The notes beneath the pieces are model-generated. The model made no database searches. It had not been told where the DNA came from and saw only the letters and a list, made by a program, of their open reading frames with translations. A stretch of 64,000 nucleotides of DNA, taken from assembly GCA_043228905.1 (NCBI GenBank), contig JBHGNT010000013.1, positions 15,376,001 to 15,440,000 of the forward strand, written 5' to 3'. A program made the position numbers and the translations under genes. Below, piece after piece: positions 50,744-64,000 of this stretch; positions within the stretch are counted from its first letter, which is position 1, and every line of letters starts with the position of its first letter. Source of the DNA: Azolla caroliniana. Its lineage: Eukaryota; Plantae; Polypodiophyta.

Positions 50744-53700
50744 TGTTGCCGGTGTGTGTGGGCGCAGTTATAATTATAACTCCAGCTATGTTGGTTTGCA
50801 AAAAGATGAATCACAGGAGGAGGGAATGAATGCTAATGATTCATGTTAGCAAGCAGCAATGCAACATCTTTTGGCAGCAAATTAAACTAATCCATCACTA
50901 AAGTAGGTGTGATTCTAGAGTTTCTCTTTTGTAGTTTTAGGGTTAATTTTCTAGGTTTCTCATAGTGGATCAAGTGCAATTTCGTTGAGAAAATTGTTAC
51001 ACCACTTTTATGCTATGAAAGAGATCATAAACGGAGGCCTGCAGTGACTTTGGCCCTACTATGATCTTATGAGCTTCTTCTTTTTCTTGTTCTGCTTAAT
51101 CAAGAAAGAGGAGCTCTTTGATTAAATCACAATTACTCAATATGTTCATATATATATATATATATATATATGTATCTGTCAATTTTAAATTGTGATGGGA
51201 TTTGTTGTGGCATTTGGGCCCTATTACTATTTGTTTGTTTTTGCTAGCATAGAAAAAAAAGGCGCTTAGATGAGAGAGGTTTGTTTAAATATTACAAAAT
51301 AATAGAAATAGGAAATTGATTTCATGATAAGGTTGATCCAAAGTATTTCTGTATGTTAATAAGTTATTAGCAATAAGCTCAGAAGACATCTTAACCCATG
51401 CTGAAATTAATTATAGTATGATTATGTGGTAAACTCTGCTCATTTTCATATATTAAGGTTTTTACAGAGGTATAACATGGTGATTTCTCAACTGTATGCC
51501 TGTTTGCCATGCCATACATTTGCACTCGTGGCTCCATGTCTGTGCAACCAGTTGCCCATACATTTGTTATGCCTCCATGCACATTGCACATATTCTTTTT
51601 GCCTGCAATGCCATGCATATCATTCTTATGTGAAGATTTGTCACCATGCAAAGAGCAACACTAAGCTTTTGCTTGATCATTAATGGTAGTGTGCATGCCA
51701 TGCAAAACTTTTTGTGATGATTATAGCCAGTATTAATTCGAGGGAACTGATTGGGATTTTGTTTTTTCTCATAATAAAGCATTATACATACATACATGAT
51801 ACATTATTACATACATACATGCATTGATGTATGCATACATATACATAGGCTTCACTTCCTGCATAGTGTTTAATTGTAATGTGCAAAAAGCGAGAGCCTT
51901 ACAATTTTAAACCTTAAAAGGGGGGTATACAGAAAAATAATAATTTAAAACAAATTAAGACTACTTTGTTATGTATGAATATGTATATATATAGTATTTC
52001 CCACCCATCACCTCCTGTTTTAATTAAATCTCCCTTTTTTATATCTGAACGTCCAAATGTACTTAATATTAGAGTCTTTTATTTTTCTTACTCCTATCTA
52101 CTCTGTTATTCTGTTCTCTAAATATTACAGTGCATCCCAAAGCAATTAATAGTCCCTATTCTATTATTGCCTTTTCTAAATATCATAATCAATTTGGGTT
52201 TACTAATAAGATCCAATTCTATTTCTTTAGAAAATTTACTAAGTTAGTTAGTAGCACACAATTTCCTTTTTAAAGTGCTTCCTTATGTTGTAAATTCTAC
52301 ATAACATGTTAAAGTGAGGTTTGAGCATGTCATTGCAAGTTAATCAAAGCGTGTTAAAGGGATAAAAACAAGATTTCAACCATCCAATGTTTGTAATAAA
52401 ACTTTTTGTATTTAATAAAAACAAACCCAAGGTGATACTCATGCTAGTGTGATGGTCAATCAATCATACATCTAGCTTTGACCTCTCTTGGTTGGCAGCT
52501 TGAAAATTGAAAGACAATTGGCTATCATTAGATATTATAAACTAAGAGCTCGTAAGCCCTAGACCCAAGCTCCTTCTTTGTCGTGGTCTTGACATAATCC
52601 ACCCCCTACCTAGGAACCTTCATACAAGCAATCATGAGTTGCCCTTCTTATTAGACATAACATCAAAGTCTCCCATGTTGGCCTCGTTAACATATTACAT
52701 TTTCATTCATTCTCATGGACAAAACCTCCACCTCTCTCATGGTTCCTCTATTTCACGAGTTTGCAACGATAATATATTTCATTTTCCTGCATGTGTCCTA
52801 CTCATGCATAGTTCCCTCACTTCTCTCATGGTTCCTCTATCTCATGAGTCACTTCAGCAAATGATAACCCGAGCTCCCCTCTTCATTATTTTAGCCTAAT
52901 ATGCTATGTTTGGGTCCCATTGTTGAATGAGAAATGCAATTCCTCGTTAGGAGAATTCGGAGCTCGTAGTTGGACCTTCTATCAATTTCATGCAATTCTA
53001 GAAGGTTTCTTAGAGGTGTTTTGAATGACAAATATGAAGTTCAATTTCATACACATATAAACTTCTTTCCATTGATAGAAGTGCAAAAACATTTACTAGG
53101 AACCTCGGAAAACAAAACTTACATAACACATGTTACATATTAAAATCAAGGGAACCATATGTGTTGAAGCAAAATAAACGTTACCAAGAAAAAACGGAGG
53201 GAAATATCCAAAGGAGAAATGATAACATCATATTTAAATTTCAAATAAGCAATTTTCTTCCGACTTCCTCGTAGCAAGCTCCTTTTGTTATTTTTTTAAT
53301 CTTATTGCCATTTCAACTTCCTCGTAGCAAGTTGTTTACTTACATGGCATTTTTTAATGTATGAAACAACTGGAGTTAGTGGTTCTCCTGTGGTACACCG
53401 TACAACCTGTTGAGACTGCTACGTTCCAGAATTTGCTGAGGATATCTACCAAATATACCAGCCTCTAATAGACTGAATGCAAAAATAAGTATTTCAGATG
53501 GTCACAAGTCACTTGCACAATCCTCAAAAGGAACGTCACTTGCACAATCCTCAAATGGAAAGTTACTCGCACAATCCTCACAAGTCACTTGTTGCATGGT
53601 AAAAGGGAGATTCGATTATCATGGCATGAGTTCAGAATTGAATGATACCTATTACTTATCTTAGAACTGCTCTTCATGTCTCAAAGTAGTCCAATAATTG

Positions 53701-54069
53701 AATGCCTATATAAAAGATTACACATTATATGAGCTGCAGTGTTACCTCTTATGGCACTTAATATATATGCATTAAATCAAGATATGGAATAAACCATTTG
53801 GCAATAAACCACTTGGTCATGTTTCATTTAAGACGTTGAAGGTTTTATTTCCAGTCTTGTTTGCTAGGAATAAGGCTGGAATTGAAACCTTGAAAGTCCT
53901 AAATGAAACCAGTTTCTAGGAAAACCCTGTTTACTTCAAGATTGAACGTTCCAGCCTTCTTTACAAGGGAAAACCTTCATAGAGAAAATCTTTGCATGAT
54001 CATCAACTTGCTAATGTTTCATTTCGGATGTTGAAGGTTTTATTTCCAGCCTTGTTCCGAGCAAAGGAT

Positions 54070-55130
54070 CATCTTAGGGTGTTTGCATGTTGTTTATGTT
54101 AAATGTATAAACTGTGGAAACCTAGATCCTAGAGCCATGAAGAGTACATTTATTGGTTACGTTACGAAAAAAGGCTTTAAACGTTTGCATCCTCAAACTG
54201 AGAAATTCTTTGTGGAAACCTAGAGCCATAAAGTGTGCATTATTGGTTGCTTGACAAAAAAGGCTTTAAACGTTGGCACCCTCAACCTGAGGAATACATT
54301 GTGGAACCTAGGGCCATGAAGTGTATTTATTGGTTACTTAACAAAAACAGGCTTTTAAACATTTGCACCCTCAAACTGGGAAATACTTTGTTTACATTTA
54401 ATGAATCTGAATTATACTTTCTCACATATAATCGTCAAAGACAGAATTAGATATAGAAACCTATGGTGAAGACCTCACTATAGCAATTAATCATCTTGTT
54501 CTCACTGTCCTACCCTACCTCACTTTTAGGTCCACAACCTAGGCATCAACATCCTAGACAAAAAAAACCTCCAGAACTGACCAATCAATTAGAAACGCTT
54601 GACCCATGGTTTTGTAAGGTATACTCAAAAAGTAGCTGCACCTAAACCTACAGATTCCCATGACTTGGATCTGTCTGTTGTTACTGAGATAAATCCGATC
54701 TCTCCATGTGCTTGTTCATTAGAATTTAGAACTAAACCATCCACTATTCAGTTCAGACAGTCCACCCATTCTATCAGGAAAGAGATTAGAGAATGCACCA
54801 AAAAGCCATTACATCTTCTTGTAAATATTTGTCATCCACTATTCAGGAACCCTACTTGGGGACCTTGAAGAAGAAATATACAAGGTTTCAAAGAGATGGT
54901 TATTGAAAATTCAATTAGTAGACTTGAGAAAGCTCTATCTGGCTTCGAACAATCCCCCATGCATGGTTTATCCAGTTGTGGAGATAAGCCTTTGGCTGTT
55001 CACAATCGTCCAATAAAAAGTTTGATAAAATACAATATGCAGAAGTGGAGTCAAGTCCTCATGGAGCACTGTATCATTGCTAAAGGGCGGATACATTCTG
55101 ACAGATTGGCTGTGGTAAATTTACACTTGT
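54070..55130 (+). mobile_element. Degenerate Ty1/copia remnant (post-integrase GKGY region and RT pieces)
   Basis: LRVF(A)C..YV, NLDPRAMKSTFIGY..KKGFK (cf. KLDPRAxKCIFLGY...KGY), V.FNES, GDLEEEIY and RLEKAL(S)G.EQSP. Confidence 0.75.
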
Positions 55131-55454
55131 AGAAATTCAAAAGAAAGGGTATCAAGTATTGTTAATCAATCGCTTCTACATTCATAAATTTTGTTCTGCC
55201 TTTCATGATTTTCCAGCTTTCCAAACGAGCCAATGCTATTTAACCATAAAAATGTTTAGTATACAATCAAATAACACCAGATGAAAAAAGTCTGAATTTA
55301 TAACTGGGAAGCTCTAAAATAATAGAACTCTCAAATGCAGCATGAAAATGTCCCTGCCACTAAGAACAAGTTGTGGACCATGAAAGAAAAATAAGGCGTA
55401 CTCAATTTGCATCACTTGGCATACTGCAACCAAAAACATTACTTTGCCATTTTT

Positions 55455-59538
<4,084 letters not shown>

Positions 59539-61677
59539 TGACTTCGTTCTTCCAAACTATTTTACTTCAGCAAAGGCCTTCTTTTCTTACTTTTTAGGTG
59601 TTTTTGGGAACCCCACTTACTCTTATAAGTTATAATCACCATTAATTTAACCCCTCATCCAAGTTACTGCCATCTAATCATTTAAGCATAAATAAGAATC
59701 ACAAATTACCATCAGAAGATTGATCTTCTATCTAACTTTCTAAATAGAACCATATTAGCAACTGAAGCGCCTAATTTTGATCGACTCGCTAGCTTTCTAA
59801 TCAAATGAAATCTTATAACTAGTACAACTCATTTCATACTAATGGTAAATTCATCTTCACAACCTCATATGAAAAATACTATAATGATGTGTTTAATCCT
59901 GATTTCTATGTGATTAGCAAACTAGTTTTGATCAAGCATATATAAGCAACCTAATCTTGTAATTCTCCCTACAACCTACAAACCCAATGCGAATGTGGCA
60001 TAACTTGTTTTTGTTCACAATTGTGGTCATGCTTATGCATGCATTAGTGTCAATGTTAGTGAAGGTGACAATGGGGATGACCATGATGTTTCACACTTGC
60101 TATTGAGCAAATAATTGTTGCTCTAACTAGTTTGCCACATCAACATGTTGTAATTAAAATCATTTGAGTGTGTGTATAACATTCCTTACAAACATGCGTG
60201 CTAACTTGTATTTGGGTTGGGATTATAACTACAATATATGACGTAGACAAAAGTTGAAGAAAATGAAGTTTGGTGTATAAGCATCATACTCCATTGGTGC
60301 TAAGTAGGATATCATCAAAGTTGGTTCGTTCCTAACTCAGAGTTTAGTGGACCATATGGAACTATCCACCATTATTCTTACTTCACCATAATACATACAA
60401 TATCTTCAGTCTATGCTTACCCTAATTAAATGGGCCATAGCATCATACTGTTTTCACAATCCTACTCCAAATAATAGTTCTATCCAGTCCTTAATGAGAC
60501 ACAGTTTAAACAATATTAAAGTGCAAATGCTTGCAATTTATAAGAAAAGGATAGTTTTTTTAACTTGGTTCAACACCCCAATCCCCATGAAAATCAGGGC
60601 AGTTTGGAGATTCAGAGAGCTAAAATTGCTAAATACTTTGAAGAGTGGTATTTCACCCATTTATTCTCATACAATGTGTAGTAAGAACCTTCTTTAACAT
60701 ACAATATTTCAAAATAATATCGAGAAGTTTTTCTAGAAATATACACATGTTTTGTTACTTGTGTTACTCATGGTGTTCCTTATATGGAAAATGATCCATC
60801 ACCGCAAAAACTCACAAAGCTAAACCTTTCATCATGACAATATCATTTTGCATGAAAGAACAGCAAACTACAACAGGAAATCGCAGAAACAGAAACAGGT
60901 GTGTACTGAAAACAAGGGATTATCATGTACATTGCAATACAGAGCACGTTGACAGTAAGATAGAGCCGTAAAATTGTTGATAGTTTCTCTGACTGAATGC
61001 TGATTTCTCGAATTCCCTCTCAGTTTGGTTCAATTCTCCTTTGCATGCATGGTGGGATTGAAGTAATCCCTGCAACACGAGAACACCGCATACCATTAGA
61101 AAACTACATTACATCAATGTTTTTCATACTAGATTCGTGTAGCATGCAATTGAGATCAGCCAACAAAGACTATTTTATAATCTTTTGTTTTCTAAAAGTG
61201 AGAAAAGATATTTCTCTTAGTTAAGAATTTCTCAAAGACTACATCAACTTGTTTTTAACAAATACAAAGAAAGAGAGTACCTCATCTAATTATGACCAAG
61301 GTAACTATAGAAGGGTAGGGCATGCTAATAGGTCTACGCTTTACAGATGGTAGTTGCAGGAACATGATCTGGTTCATTTTACTTAACATGATCTGGTTCA
61401 TTTTACTGACCTAAGTTCATGGATATTTGAGTTGTCTTGTACTAAACAATTTCTCCAGATGTTTTGGGAAGGCAATAACATGAAAATTTCTCTTCTTAGA
61501 TGCATCATACTGTGGAACTACATACATATAATAGCAACCTCCACAAAGATCAGCACTACTGATTGGAAGAATCAAATTACAACACAGTACAGAATCTACA
61601 ACTAACTCACTCATACAAAATGATTTTAGTAAGATAAGAAATGCAAAAGAGGAAGTTGCACTCGGGATGTATTTGTA

Positions 61678-62626
61678 TCAATACCTTATAAATCCTAAAA
61701 ACGCGAAAACGGCACCTAAATAGTTGTATTGGAAAAGTGGTCTAATAAGTGCCTGCTTGAATTTTGTGAATGGAGGATACCGAAATTGAACATCTAGAAT
61801 GAGCTTCCGGTACACCAGAGCTTTTGGGTGGCTGAAGGCATCAAAGGAAAATTTCCCATGATAAGAGCCTGTACCACTTTCTCCAAAACCACCGAATGGC
61901 ACACCATCAAGAGCAAACTACAGAAAAGAAATTTTCACTTAGTTCATCATACGGTGTGGTAAATCATCTAAGCTAAGCTACAATGTGAACATGCAATTCC
62001 TTCACCATAACCATAGAATTAACCGTAGTGTACTACATGCAAAAACAATCCATAAAAATCTTAGTTGGTATCGGATAATTATATTTCGAAATTTCCTTTG
62101 CAATTATTTACAAGAAAATTTATCACTGAAGGGCATGGGCAATCCATGTTGAGGTGCAATGCATTAATGTCATTGTAACATGGTTTGCTAACCCTTTCCC
62201 TTTTCTCTGTAGGATACTTTCAAAGAAAGGACAATTCACAAAAAGTTAACTTCACTCTTGTTGATGTCATACGTTCAAGTCTGAATATGGGCTGGGTCTA
62301 AAACGATATATTGTTTCCAATTTTAGCCAAAGAGTTACTTCATTCATTCATGGATGGATACTGAACAAATCAGCAAGTACAGCAATTCCTATCCCATTCG
62401 TGAAAAAAGATATCAAAGGCCTACTTTATCTTACAGGTCCAATTGTACATGGGGAATAGAGAAACATCTCAGAATATACCTGTACAATCAAATCATTGAA
62501 TACCACAGAACCTGCTTGAATTGTTGATGCTTTTCTTTCAAAATCTTTATTCTTTGTAAAAACATATACAGCAATTGGTCTAGGCCGCGCCTTCACGAAG
62601 TTCATAGCCTCATCCATATTTCTAAC
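61678..62626 (-). CDS. ALDH3: Aldehyde dehydrogenase family 3, last two exons (62626-62480, 61917-61678). The 5' part presumably lies beyond the window
   Basis: FVKARPRPIAVYVFT...AGSVVFND.IVQ, then PFGGFGESGTGSYHGKFSFDAFSH.K, RYPP and a hydrophobic C-terminal tail typical of ALDH3. Confidence 0.92.
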
Positions 62627-64000
62627 CTGGAGAATACAAAATGCTATGGCGGTTGGTACCATATATAACATTAAACAAAATACAATGACATTCATCATCA
62701 ATCCACCATAATTTTTACAATAAGCAACATGTTTCAATTCAGTAAAATATTGACAAAGATCCAAATTTTGATTATATGTGCAGATAATTGGTATGTAAAG
62801 TTTTCCAATCAATTATAGTTTCAAAACACTTATCTGCAAACAAATGAAACTCGTCTATAAGAGCGATTATTTCTCTCCTCAAGATTCCACATTAACAAGC
62901 CTATATTAAATCGCTAAAATCCTTATGAGACTAGAGGATCTGTGTATTAGGGAAGAGGTGAAAGCAAGAAATCAACACAAGTGATGGTTCAGGCATACAG
63001 AATTCTAGTCAGAGGGATCAATGGACAAGTGATGAAGGGATTTCAAAATGCTTTAATCAAGACAGGTTAGCCTAAACAAAATTACAAGGCACAATATGAT
63101 GCAAGTTTCCTCACAATGTTCTCTTTCAAGTAGAGTGCTACCACTTCACTTGTTGAGCAGAACGATTCGTTGGGTGCAATTTACAATCACATCACATGGT
63201 CACTAATGTATGAAAATGAAATTGGACATCTTGCAGCATTCATTAGAGCATTCATAATTTAATTGTTAATCCTAATGGGAACTATACATTAAGTTTGTAA
63301 GCAATACAAGTGGCTTCATGGTGCACATTGCCAAAATAGGTGTTTTGTTGATCAAAAGAAATCAAAAAATTATTGAAGAATCTAAAGAGTTCGAAAGCAT
63401 GTGTGAATGGATCATAAAGAAACATAATGAAGATATGCATGTCCTAACTATGTTTTGATGCAAAGAAACTCATGGAATGCAATATTAATGTTCCAGAAAT
63501 GTTGTAACCTTGGGATTAATCCTACAATTTAATATTCTCTATCAATATTCATGGACAAATAAAAAGTCTTCATATTACGAGCTTAACCATGACTGTAGTC
63601 CTCTAACCTTAGGATTAGGTATGGGCTAATTCATAAGGAATGAAGGGTAAGGATTGACTTATTCTCAATCCTATGATGGGATATAACTTTAAGAGAGTTT
63701 CATCACCTAATCACTTATAATAAAGTAGTCAAGAGTGAAACAAACAAGGGCCTAAGAATTATGCCTATATAAAAAGACTATCTACTATCATGAAGGGGAT
63801 AATCTTTATTACTTTTGACAGAGACTTCAACAGTGTGGCAAAGCTCTAGCTTCATACACATGTTCCTCTTTCTTCAAACTCAAGGTACGATCCATGTCCA
63901 AACTCAATGGTATGGGACTCCGACAGAGTGCTCGGATCCATCTCTCACCTTCGCTAGGGGGTTGTTGAGTGGTCTAGCACCCTTTCTTCCTTATTCTCTC

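Overview
Eukaryotic land-plant genomic DNA (spliceosomal introns, SAUR gene, TTTAGGG-type telomeric motifs, many GA/TATG microsatellites; a fern or other non-seed plant is my guess, not proven). Recognisable host genes: alpha-SNAP (+, 9 exons), GH2 endo-beta-mannosidase EBM (-, 11 exons, one GC-AG intron), a DUF569/actin-crosslinking-like gene (+), an intronless long SAUR (+), an alpha-N-terminal protein methyltransferase NTM1-like gene (-, 8 exons) and the 3' end of an ALDH3 gene (-). Two probable genes I cannot assign: a 386-aa spliced orphan with several Atg8-interacting-motif-like sites, and an 84-aa single-TM microprotein. Mobile DNA: a compact, decayed full-length Ty3/gypsy element (269-bp LTRs, 4-bp ATAT TSD, tRNA-Ala-like PBS, GGGAAAC -1 frameshift site with a possible pseudoknot), a solo LTR with a 5-bp TSD, two L1-like LINE 3' fragments, a multi-copy tRNA-derived SINE family, copia remnants, and a 3.1-kb segment bounded by ~150-bp inverted repeats. 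All calls are by eye; no database searches were run.
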